Under the pieces are notes generated by a model. It was not told the DNA's origin, ran no database searches, and was given only the letters and a program-made list of their open reading frames with translations. The translations under genes and the position numbers were made by a program. Of a DNA stretch of 64,000 bases, positions 1 to 11,232 are shown piece by piece; position 1 is the stretch's first letter, and each line of letters starts with the position of its first letter. Source of the stretch: Auanema rhodensis (lineage: Eukaryota > Animalia > Nematoda); the NCBI GenBank assembly GCA_964057225.1, contig OZ059896.1, forward strand, positions 21,328,001 through 21,392,000, read 5' to 3'.

Positions 1-31
1 TGAGTTTCCATGTACACTCAACATTGCTTCC

Positions 32-97
32 AAAAACATTTTGACAAAAATTTTTTCGAAAATTTTCAAAATAATTTAGCAAAAAGTAGATGTTTTT
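32..97. other. A/T-tract block with imperfect dyad symmetry
   Basis: AAAAACAT (32-39) is the reverse complement of ATGTTTTT (90-97). The centre is GAAAAATTTC, which is a perfect palindrome GAAAATTTTC in the m1 allele. It overlaps the palindrome TTTTTCGAAAAA of the common allele. Low complexity raises the chance expectation. Confidence 0.6.
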
Positions 98-174
98 AGA
101 TTCCTTTTTTTAAAGCAAAGACGATGGACGATGTTATTCAACGAAAAAATTAATTCTTCAGGGTGAAAATCGAG

Positions 175-196
175 GATATAAGTGTGAACTTATATC
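175..196. other. Perfect 9-bp inverted repeat with 4-nt loop, present in nearly every monomer
   Basis: GATATAAGT-gtga-ACTTATATC. The common allele 187C gives GATATAAGTG-tg-CACTTATATC. Confidence 0.9.
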
Positions 197-206
197 AGTT
201 GATATC

Positions 207-273
207 TCGGTGCATTTTTAAGCTAGCGCAAATCTGATAACACAGATCGACGCAGCTTAAAAATCCGCATCGA
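207..273. other. Long imperfect inverted repeat (26-bp hairpin/cruciform potential), present in every monomer
   Basis: TCGGTGC-ATTTTTAAGCT-a-GCG-caa-ATCTG-ataaca-CAGAT-cga-CGC-AGCTTAAAAAT-cc-GCATCGA. The stems are 7 bp (one G.T), 11 bp, 3 bp and 5 bp. Confidence 0.9.
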
Positions 274-347
274 ATGCACTATACCACATTGAGAAACGCT
301 TAATACAAAAATTAGTTATGATCGTTTGAAAAATGATGCATTAGTGT

Positions 348-375
348 ATGTTGAGTTTCCATGTACACTCAACAT
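348..375. other. 9-bp inverted repeat with 10-nt loop spanning the monomer junction as phased here
   Basis: ATGTTGAGT-ttccatgtac-ACTCAACAT. Confidence 0.85.
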
Positions 376-1844
376 TGCTTCCAAAAACATTTTGACAAAA
401 ATTTTTTCGAAAAATTTCAAAATAATTTAGCAAAAAGTAGATGTTTTTAGATTCCTTTTTTTAAGGCAAAGACGATGGACGATGTTATTCAACGAAAAAA
501 TTAATTCTTCAGGGTGAAAATCGAGGATATAAGTGTGCACTTATATCAGTTGATATCTCGGTGCATTTTTAAGCTAGCGCAAATCTGATAACACAGATCG
601 ACGCAGCTTCAAAATCCGCATCGAATGCACTATACTACATTGAGAAACGCTTAATACAAAAAATAGTTATGATCGTTTGAAAAATGATGCATTAGTGTAT
701 GTTGAGTTTCCATGTACACTCAACATTGCTTCCAAAAACATTTTGACAAAAATTTTTTCGAAAATTTTCAAAATAATTTAGCAAAAAGTAGATGTTTTTA
801 GATTCCTTTTTTCAAGGCAAAGACGATGAACAATGTTATTCAACGAAAAAATCAATTCTTCAGGGTGAAAATCGAGGATATAAGTGTGAACTTATATCAG
901 TTGATATCTCGGTGCATTTTTAAGCTAGCGCAAATCTGATAACACAGATCGACGCAGCTTGAAAATCCGCATCGAATGTACTATACTACATTGAGAAACG
1001 CTTAATACAAAAATTAGTTATGATCGTTTGAAAAATGATGCCTTAGTGTATGTTGAGTTTCCATGTACACTCAACATTGCTTCCAAAAACATTTTGACAA
1101 AAATTTTTTCGAAAAATTTCAAAATAATTTAGCAAAAAGTAGATGTTTTTAGATTCCTTTTTTCAAGGCAAAGACGATGGACAATGTTATTCAACGAAAA
1201 AATTAATTCTTCAGGGTGAAAATCGAGGGTATAAGTGTGAACTTATATCAGTTGATATCTCGGTGCATTTTTAAGCTAGCGCAAATCTGATAACACAGAT
1301 CGACGCAGCTCAAAAATCCGCATCGAATGCACTATACTACATTGAGAAACGCTTAATACAAAAGTTAGTTATGATCGTTTGAAAATTGATGCATTAGTGT
1401 ATGTTGAGTTTCCATGTACACTCAACATTGCTTCCAAAAACATTTTGACAAAAATTTTTTCGAAAAATTTCAAAATAATTTAGCAAAAAGTAGATGTTTT
1501 TAGATTCCTTTTTTCAAGGCAAAGACGATGGACAATGTTATTCAACAAAAAAATTAATTCTTCAGGGTGAAAATCGAGGATATAAGTGTGCACTTATTTC
1601 AGTTGATATCTCGGTGCATTTTTAAGCTAGCGCAAATCTGATAACACAGATCGACGCAGCTTAAAAATCCGCATCGAATGCACTATACTACATTGAGAAA
1701 CGCTCAATACAAAAATTAGTTATGATCGTTTGAAAAATGATGCCTTAGTGTATGTTGAGTTTCCATGTACACTCAACATTGCTTCCAAAAACATTTTGAC
1801 AAAAATTTTTTCGAAAAATTTCAAAATAATTTAGCAAAAAGTAG

Positions 1845-2084
1845 ATGTTTTTAGATTCCTTTTTTCAAGGCAAAGACGATGGACAATGTTATTCAACGAA
1901 AAAATTAATTCTTCAGGGTGAAAATCGAGGATATAAGTGTGCACTTATATCAGTTGATATCTTGGTGCATTTTCAAGCTAGCGCAAATCTGTTAACACAG
2001 ATCGACGCAGCTCAAAAATCCGCATCGAATGCACTATACTACATTGAGATTCGCTTAATACAAAAATTAGTTATGATCGTTTGA
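1845..2084 (+). other. 79-codon open frame in satellite monomer m6, probably non-coding
   Basis: Monomer positions 90-329. It is open because codons 8, 44 and 57 are CAA rather than a stop. No recognisable protein motif. Confidence refers to being a real CDS. Confidence 0.05.
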
Positions 2085-5000
2085 AAATTGATGCATTAGT
2101 GTATGTTGAGTTTCCATGTACACTCAACATTGCTTCCAAAAACATTTTGACAAAAACTTTTTCGAAAAATTTCAAAATAATTTAGCAAAAAGTAGATGTT
2201 TTTAGATTCCTTTTTTCAAGGCAAAGACGATGGACATTGTTATTCAACGAAAAAATTAATTCTTCAGGGTGAAAATCGAGGATATAAGTGTGAACTTATA
2301 TCAGTTGATATCTCGGTGCATTTTTAAGCTAGCGCAAATCTCATAACACAGATCGACGCAGCTTGAAAATCCGCATCGAATGCACTATACTACATTGAGA
2401 AACGCTTAATACAAAAATTAGTTATGATCGTTTGAAAAATGATGCCTTAGTGTATGTTGAGTTTCCATGTACACTCAACATTGCTTCCAAAAACATTTTG
2501 ACAAAAATTTTTTCGAAACATTTCAAAATAATTTAGCAAAAAGTAGATGTTTTTAGATTCCTTTTTTCAAGGCAAAGACGATGGACAATGTTATTCAACG
2601 AAAAAATTAATTCTTCAGGGTGAAAATCGAGGATATAAGTGTGAACTTATATCAGTTGATATCTCGGTGCATTTTTAAGCTAGCGCAAATCTGATAACAC
2701 AGATCGACGCAGCTTAAAAATCCGCATCGAATGCACTTTACTACATTGAGAAACGCTTAATACAAAAATTAGTTATGATCGTTTGAAAAATGATGCATTA
2801 GTGTATGTTGAGTTTCCATGTACACTCAACATTGCTTCCAAAAACATTTTGACAAAAATTTTTTCGAAAAATTTCAAAATAATTTAGCAAAAAGTAGATG
2901 TTTTTAGATTCCTTTTTTCAAGGCAAAGACGATGGACAATGTTATTCAACGAAAAAATTAATTCTTCAGGGTGAAAATCGAGGATATAATTGTGAACTTA
3001 TATCAGTTGATATCTCGGTGCATTTTTAAGCTAGCGCAAATCTGATAACACAGATCGACGCAGCTTAAAAATCCGCATCGAATGCACTATACCACATTGA
3101 GAAACGCTTAATACAAAAATTAGTTATGATCGTTTGAAAATTGATGCATTAGTGTATGTTGAGTTTCCATGTACACTCTACATTGCTTCCAAAAACATTT
3201 TGACAAAAATTTTTTCGAAAAATTTCAAAATAATTTAGCAAAAAGTAGATGTTTTTAGATTCCTTTTTTCAAGGCAAAGACGATGAACAATGTTATTCAA
3301 CGAAAAAATTAATTCTTCAGGGTGAAAATCGAGGATATAAGTGTGAACTTATATCAGTTGATATCTCGGTGCATTTTTAAGCTAGCGCAAATCTGATAAC
3401 ACAGATCGACGCAGCTTAAAAATCCGCATCGAATGCACTATACTACTTTGAGAAACGCTTAATACAAAAAATAGTTATGATCGTTTGAAAAATGATGCAT
3501 TAGTGTATGTTGAGTTTCCATGTACACTCAACATTGCTTCCAAAAACATTTTGACAAAAATTTTTTCGAAAAATTTCAAAATAATTTAGCAAAAAGTAGA
3601 TGTTTTTAGATTCCTTTTTTCAAGGCAAAGACGATGAACAATGTTATTCAACGAAAAAATTAATTCTTCAGGGTGAAAATCGAGGATATAAGTGTGAACT
3701 TATATCAGTTGATATCTCGGTGCATTTTTAAGCTAGCGCAAATCTGATAACACAGATCGACGCAGCTTAAAAATCCGCATCGAATGCACTATACTACTTT
3801 GAGAAACGCTTAATACAAAAAATAGTTATGATCGTTTGAAAAATGATGCATTAGTGTATGTTGAGTTTCCATGTACACTCAACATTGCTTCCAAAAACAT
3901 TTTGACAAAAATTTTTTCGAAAAATTTCAAAATAATTTAGCAAAAAGTAGATGTTTTTAGATTCCTTTTTTCAAGGCAAAGACGATGAACAATGTTATTC
4001 AACGAAAAAATTAATTCTTCAGGGTGAAAATCGAGGATATAAGTGTGAACTTATATCAGTTGATATCTCGGTGCATTTTTAAGCTAGCGCAAATCTGATA
4101 ACACAGATCGACGCAGCTTAAAAATCCGCATCGAATGCACTATACTACTTTGAGAAACGCTTAATACAAAAATTAGTTATGATCGTTTGAAAAATGATGC
4201 ATTAGTGTATGTTGAGTTTCCATGTACACTCAACATTGCTTCCAAAAACATTTTGACAAAAATTTTTTCGAAAAATTTCAAAATAATTTAGCAAAAAGTA
4301 GATGTTTTTAGATTCCTTTTTTCAAGGCAAAGACGATGAACAATGTTATTCAACGAAAAAATTAATTCTTCAGGGTGAAAATCGAGGATATAAGTGTGAA
4401 CTTATATCAGTTGATATCTCGGTGCATTTTTAAGCTAGCGCAAATCTGATAACACAGATCGACGCAGCTTGAAAATCCGCATCGAATGTACTATACTACA
4501 TTGAGAAACGCTTAATACAAAAATTAGTTATGATCGTTTGAAAAATGATGCATTAGTGTATGTTGAGTTTCCATGTACACTCAACATTGCTTCCAAAAAC
4601 ATTTTGACAAAAATTTTTTCGAAAAATTTCAAAATAATTTAGCAAAAAGTAGATGTTTTTAGATTCCTTTTTTCAAGGCAAAGACGATGGACAATGTTAT
4701 TCAACGAAAAAATTAATTCTTCAGGGTGAAAATCGAGGATATAAGTGTGAACTTATATCAGTTGATATCTCGGTGCATTTTTAAGCTAGCGCAAATCTGA
4801 TAACACAGATCGACGCAGCTTAAAAATCCGCATCGAATGCACTATACTACTTTGAGAAACGCTTAATACAAAAATTAGTTATGATCGTTTGAAAAATGAT
4901 GCCTTAGTGTATGTTGAGTTTCCATGTACACTCAACATTGCTTCCAAAAACATTTTGACAAAAATTTTTTCGAAAAATTTCAAAATAATTTAGCAAAAAG

Positions 5001-7460
5001 TAGATGTTTTTAGATTCCTTTTTTCAAGGCAAAGACGATGGACAATGTTATTCAACGAAAAAATTAATTCTTCAGGGTGAAAATCGAGGATATAAGTGTG
5101 AACTTATATCAGTTGATATCTCGGTGCATTTTTAAGCTAGCGCAAATCTGATAACACAGATCGACGCAGCTTGAAAATCCGCATCGAATGTACTATACTA
5201 CATTGAGAAACGCTTAATACAAAAAATAGTTATGATCGTTTGAAAAATGATGCATTAGTGTATGTTGAGTTTCCATGTACACTCAACATTGCTTCCAAAA
5301 ACATTTTGACAAAAATTTTTTCGAAAAATTTCAGAATAATTTAGCAAAAAGTAGATGTTTTTAGATTCCTTTTTTCAAGGTAAAGACGATGGACAATGTT
5401 ATTCAACAAAAAAACTTATTCTTCAGGGTGAAAATCGAGGATATAAGTGTGCACTTATATCAGTTGATATCTCGGTGCATTTTTAAGCTAGCGCAAATCT
5501 GATAACACAGATCGACGCAGCTTAAAAATCCGCATCGAATGCACTATACTACATTGAGAAACGCTTAATACAAAAAATAGTTATGATCGTTTGAAAAATG
5601 ATGCATTAGTGTATGTTGAGTTTCCATGTACACTCAACATTGCTTCCAAAAACATTTTGACAAAAATTTTTTCGAAAATTTTCAAAATAATTTAGCAAAA
5701 AGTAGATGTTTTTAGATTCCTTTTTTTAAAGCAAAGACGATGGACGATGTTATTCAACGAAAAAATTAATTCTTCAGGGTGAAAATCGAGGATATAAGTG
5801 TGAACTTATATCAGTTGATATCTCGGTGCATTTTTAAGCTAGCGCAAATCTGATAACACAGATCGACGCAGCTTAAAAATCCGCATCGAATGCACTATAC
5901 CACATTGAGAAACGCTTAATACAAAAATTAGTTATGATCGTTTGAAAAATGATGCATTAGTGTATGTTGAGTTTCCATGTACACTCAACATTGCTTCCAA
6001 AAACATTTTGACAAAAATTTTTTCGAAAAATTTCAAAATAATTTAGCAAAAAGTAGATGTTTTTAGATTCCTTTTTTTAAGGCAAAGACGATGGACGATG
6101 TTATTCAACGAAAAAATTAATTCTTCAGGGTGAAAATCGAGGATATAAGTGTGCACTTATATCAGTTGATATCTCGGTGCATTTTTAAGCTAGCGCAAAT
6201 CTGATAACACAGATCGACGCAGCTTCAAAATCCGCATCGAATGCACTATACTACATTGAGAAACGCTTAATACAAAAAATAGTTATGATCGTTTGAAAAA
6301 TGATGCATTAGTGTATGTTGAGTTTCCATGTACACTCAACATTGCTTCCAAAAACATTTTGACAAAAATTTTTTCGAAAATTTTCAAAATAATTTAGCAA
6401 AAAGTAGATGTTTTTAGATTCCTTTTTTCAAGGCAAAGACGATGAACAATGTTATTCAACGAAAAAATCAATTCTTCAGGGTGAAAATCGAGGATATAAG
6501 TGTGAACTTATATCAGTTGATATCTCGGTGCATTTTTAAGCTAGCGCAAATCTGATAACACAGATCGACGCAGCTTGAAAATCCGCATCGAATGTACTAT
6601 ACTACATTGAGAAACGCTTAATACAAAAATTAGTTATGATCGTTTGAAAAATGATGCCTTAGTGTATGTTGAGTTTCCATGTACACTCAACATTGCTTCC
6701 AAAAACATTTTGACAAAAATTTTTTCGAAAAATTTCAAAATAATTTAGCAAAAAGTAGATGTTTTTAGATTCCTTTTTTCAAGGCAAAGACGATGGACAA
6801 TGTTATTCAACGAAAAAATTAATTCTTCAGGGTGAAAATCGAGGGTATAAGTGTGAACTTATATCAGTTGATATCTCGGTGCATTTTTAAGCTAGCGCAA
6901 ATCTGATAACACAGATCGACGCAGCTCAAAAATCCGCATCGAATGCACTATACTACATTGAGAAACGCTTAATACAAAAGTTAGTTATGATCGTTTGAAA
7001 ATTGATGCATTAGTGTATGTTGAGTTTCCATGTACACTCAACATTGCTTCCAAAAACATTTTGACAAAAATTTTTTCGAAAAATTTCAAAATAATTTAGC
7101 AAAAAGTAGATGTTTTTAGATTCCTTTTTTCAAGGCAAAGACGATGGACAATGTTATTCAACAAAAAAATTAATTCTTCAGGGTGAAAATCGAGGATATA
7201 AGTGTGCACTTATTTCAGTTGATATCTCGGTGCATTTTTAAGCTAGCGCAAATCTGATAACACAGATCGACGCAGCTTAAAAATCCGCATCGAATGCACT
7301 ATACTACATTGAGAAACGCTCAATACAAAAATTAGTTATGATCGTTTGAAAAATGATGCCTTAGTGTATGTTGAGTTTCCATGTACACTCAACATTGCTT
7401 CCAAAAACATTTTGACAAAAATTTTTTCGAAAAATTTCAAAATAATTTAGCAAAAAGTAG

Positions 7461-7700
7461 ATGTTTTTAGATTCCTTTTTTCAAGGCAAAGACGATGGAC
7501 AATGTTATTCAACGAAAAAATTAATTCTTCAGGGTGAAAATCGAGGATATAAGTGTGCACTTATATCAGTTGATATCTTGGTGCATTTTCAAGCTAGCGC
7601 AAATCTGATAACACAGATCGACGCAGCTCAAAAATCCGCATCGAATGCACTATACTACATTGAGATTCGCTTAATACAAAAATTAGTTATGATCGTTTGA
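7461..7700 (+). other. 79-codon open frame in monomer m22, probably non-coding
   Basis: Copy of m6 within the 16-mer duplication. Confidence 0.05.
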
Positions 7701-10700
7701 AAATTGATGCATTAGTGTATGTTGAGTTTCCATGTACACTCAACATTGCTTCCAAAAACATTTTGACAAAAACTTTTTCGAAAAATTTCAAAATAATTTA
7801 GCAAAAAGTAGATGTTTTTAGATTCCTTTTTTCAAGGCAAAGACGATGGACATTGTTATTCAACGAAAAAATTAATTCTTCAGGGTGAAAATCGAGGATA
7901 TAAGTGTGAACTTATATCAGTTGATATCTCGGTGCATTTTTAAGCTAGCGCAAATCTCATAACACAGATCGACGCAGCTTGAAAATCCGCATCGAATGCA
8001 CTATACTACATTGAGAAACGCTTAATACAAAAATTAGTTATGATCGTTTGAAAAATGATGCCTTAGTGTATGTTGAGTTTCCATGTACACTCAACATTGC
8101 TTCCAAAAACATTTTGACAAAAATTTTTTCGAAACATTTCAAAATAATTTAGCAAAAAGTAGATGTTTTTAGATTCCTTTTTTCAAGGCAAAGACGATGG
8201 ACAATGTTATTCAACGAAAAAATTAATTCTTCAGGGTGAAAATCGAGGATATAAGTGTGAACTTATATCAGTTGATATCTCGGTGCATTTTTAAGCTAGC
8301 GCAAATCTGATAACACAGATCGACGCAGCTTAAAAATCCGCATCGAATGCACTTTACTACATTGAGAAACGCTTAATACAAAAATTAGTTATGATCGTTT
8401 GAAAAATGATGCATTAGTGTATGTTGAGTTTCCATGTACACTCAACATTGCTTCCAAAAACATTTTGACAAAAATTTTTTCGAAAAATTTCAAAATAATT
8501 TAGCAAAAAGTAGATGTTTTTAGATTCCTTTTTTCAAGGCAAAGACGATGGACAATGTTATTCAACGAAAAAATTAATTCTTCAGGGTGAAAATCGAGGA
8601 TATAATTGTGAACTTATATCAGTTGATATCTCGGTGCATTTTTAAGCTAGCGCAAATCTGATAACACAGATCGACGCAGCTTAAAAATCCGCATCGAATG
8701 CACTATACCACATTGAGAAACGCTTAATACAAAAATTAGTTATGATCGTTTGAAAATTGATGCATTAGTGTATGTTGAGTTTCCATGTACACTCTACATT
8801 GCTTCCAAAAACATTTTGACAAAAATTTTTTCGAAAAATTTCAAAATAATTTAGCAAAAAGTAGATGTTTTAAGATTCCTTTTTTCAAGGCAAAGACGAT
8901 GGACAATGTTATTCAACGAAAAAATTAATTCTTCAGGGTGAAAATCGAGGATATAAGTGTGAACTTATATCAGATGATATCTCGATGCATTTTTAAGCTA
9001 GCGCAAATCTGATAACACAGATCGACGCAGCTTAAAAATCCGCATCGAATGCACTATACCACATTGAGAAACGCTTAATACAAAAATTAGTTATGATCGT
9101 TTGAAAATTGATGCATTAGTGTATGTTGAGTTTCCATGTACACTCAACATTGCTTCCAAAAACATTTTGACAAAAACTTTTTCGAAAAATTTCAAAATAA
9201 TTTAGCAAAAAGTAGATGTTTTTAGATTCCTTTTTTTAAGGCAAAGACGATGGACAATGTTATTCAACGAAAAAATTAATTCTTCAGGGTGAAAATCGAG
9301 GATATAAGTGTGAACTTATATCAGTTGATATCTCGGTGCATTTTTAAGCTAGCGCAAATCTGATAACACAGATCGACGCAGCTTAAAAATCCGCATCGAA
9401 TGCACTTTACTACTTTGAGAAACGCTTAATACAAAAGTTAGTTATGATCGTTTGAAAAATGATGCCTTAGTGTATGTTGAGTTTCCATGTACACTCAACA
9501 TTGCTTCCAAAAACATTTTGACAAAAATTTTTTCGAAAAATTTCAAAATAATTTAGCAAAAAGTAGATGTTTTTAGATTCCTTTTTTTAAGGCAAAGACG
9601 ATGGACAATGTTATTCAACGAAAAAATTAATTCTTCAGGGTGAAAATCGAGGATATAAGTGTGAACTTATATCAGTTGATATCTCGGTGCATTTTTAAGC
9701 TAGCGCAAATCTGATAACACAGATCGACGCAGCTTAAAAATCCGCATCGAATGCACTATACCACATTGAGAAACGCTTAATACAAAAATTAGTTATGATC
9801 GTTTGAAAAATGATGCATTAGTGTATGTTGAGTTTCCATGTACACTCAACATTGCTTCCAAAAACATTTTGACAAAAAGTTTTTCGAAAAATTTCAAAAT
9901 AATTTAGCAAAAAGTAGATGTTTTTAGATTCCTTTTTTCAAGGCAAAGACGATGGACAATGTTATTCAACAAAAAAATTTATTCTTCAGGGTGAAAATCG
10001 AGGATATAAGTGTGCACTTATATCAGTTGATATCTCGGTGCATTTTTAAGCTAGCGCAAATCTGATAACACAGATCGACGCAGCTTGAAAATCCGCATCG
10101 AATGTACTATACTACATTAGGAAACGCTTAATACAAAAATTAGTTATGATCGTTTGAAAAATGATGCCTTAGTGTATGTTGAGTTTCCATGTACACTCAA
10201 CATTGCTTCCAAAAACATTTTGACAAAAATTTTTTCGAAAAATTTCAAAATAATTTAGCAAAAAGTAGATGTTTTTAGATTCCTTTTTTTAAGGCAAAGA
10301 CGATGGACAATGTTATTCAACGAAAAAATTAATTCTTCAGGGTGAAAATCGAGGATATAAGTGTGAACTTATATCAGATGATATCTCGATGCATTTTTAA
10401 GCTAGCGCAAATCTGATAACACAGATCGACGCAGCTTAAAAATCCGCATCGAATGCACTATACCACATTGAGAAACGCTTAATACAAAAATTAGTTATGA
10501 TCGTTTGAAAATTGATGCATTAGTGTATGTTGAGTTTCCATGTACACTCAACATTGCTTCCAAAAACATTTTGACAAAAACTTTTTCGAAAAATTTCAAA
10601 ATAATTTAGCAAAAAGTAGATGTTTTTAGATTCCTTTTTTTAAGGCAAAGACGATGGACAATGTTATTCAACGAAAAAATTAATTCTTCAGGGTGAAAAT

Positions 10701-11232
10701 CGAGGATATAAGTGTGAACTTATATCAGTTGATATCTCGGTGCATTTTTAAGCTAGCGCAAATCTGATAACACAGATCGACGCAGCTTAAAAATCCGCAT
10801 CGAATGCACTTTACTACTTTGAGAAACGCTTAATACAAAAGTTAGTTATGATCGTTTGAAAAATGATGCCTTAGTGTATGTTGAGTTTCCATGTACACTC
10901 AACATTGCTTCCAAAAACATTTTGACAAAAATTTTTTCGAAAAATTTCAAAATAATTTAGCAAAAAGTAGATGTTTTTAGATTCCTTTTTTTAAGGCAAA
11001 GACGATGGACAATGTTATTCAACGAAAAAATTAATTCTTCAGGGTGAAAATCGAGGATATAAGTGTGAACTTATATCAGTTGATATCTCGGTGCATTTTT
11101 AAGCTAGCGCAAATCTGATAACACAGATCGACGCAGCTTAAAAATCCGCATCGAATGCACTATACTACATTGAGAAACGCTTAATACAAAAAATAGTTAT
11201 GATCGTTTGAAAAATGATGCATTAGTGTATGT

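Larger units (their letters stand above)
1..351. repeat. Representative monomer (m1)
   Basis: Hand count of the consensus gives about 110 G+C in 351 bp and 12 CpG. A/T tracts cluster at 30-150 and positions 181-300 are GC-richer. Near-constant sites: TGTACA, TTCGAA, GATATC, GCTAGC and four TCGA. Confidence 0.97.
1..8866. repeat. Duplicated block, 16-monomer (5616-bp) offset: 1-~3250 matches 5617-~8866
   Basis: Rare variants recur in the same order: GCTTCAAAA (m2/m18), GAGGGTATA (m4/m20), CTTATTTCAG (m5/m21), open ORF (m6/m22), GGACATTG (m7/m23), GAAACATTTC (m8/m24), TATAATTGTG (m9/m25), CTCTACATT (m10/m26). Confidence 0.93.

Noticed and set aside
54-70. CENP-B box (TTCG....A..CGGG)
   Set aside because: TTCGAAAAA matches only the first half, and CGGG is absent.
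100-170. Hammerhead ribozyme or retrozyme satellite: the minus strand has CTGAAGA (CUGANGA core) followed later by GAAA, and the monomer size is similar to known ribozyme-bearing satellites
   Set aside because: I could not build helix II ending at GAAA, or helix I pairing with the upstream TTTTCACC. The plus strand has CTGATAA, which is not the core. An Infernal/RNAMotif search would settle it.
1-351. Monomer as a diverged dimer of about 175 bp or trimer of 117 bp
   Set aside because: No convincing internal direct similarity at those offsets by eye, only short AT-rich words.
1-351. Tandem 5S rDNA, tRNA, snRNA or spliced-leader array
   Set aside because: No recognisable 5S, tRNA A/B-box cloverleaf, snRNA or SL sequence on either strand.
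1-351. Assignment to a named satellite (for example Drosophila 1.688/359-bp or tenebrionid beetle 340-360-bp families)
   Set aside because: Length and AT content are similar, but I do not recognise the sequence. This needs BLAST or Repbase.
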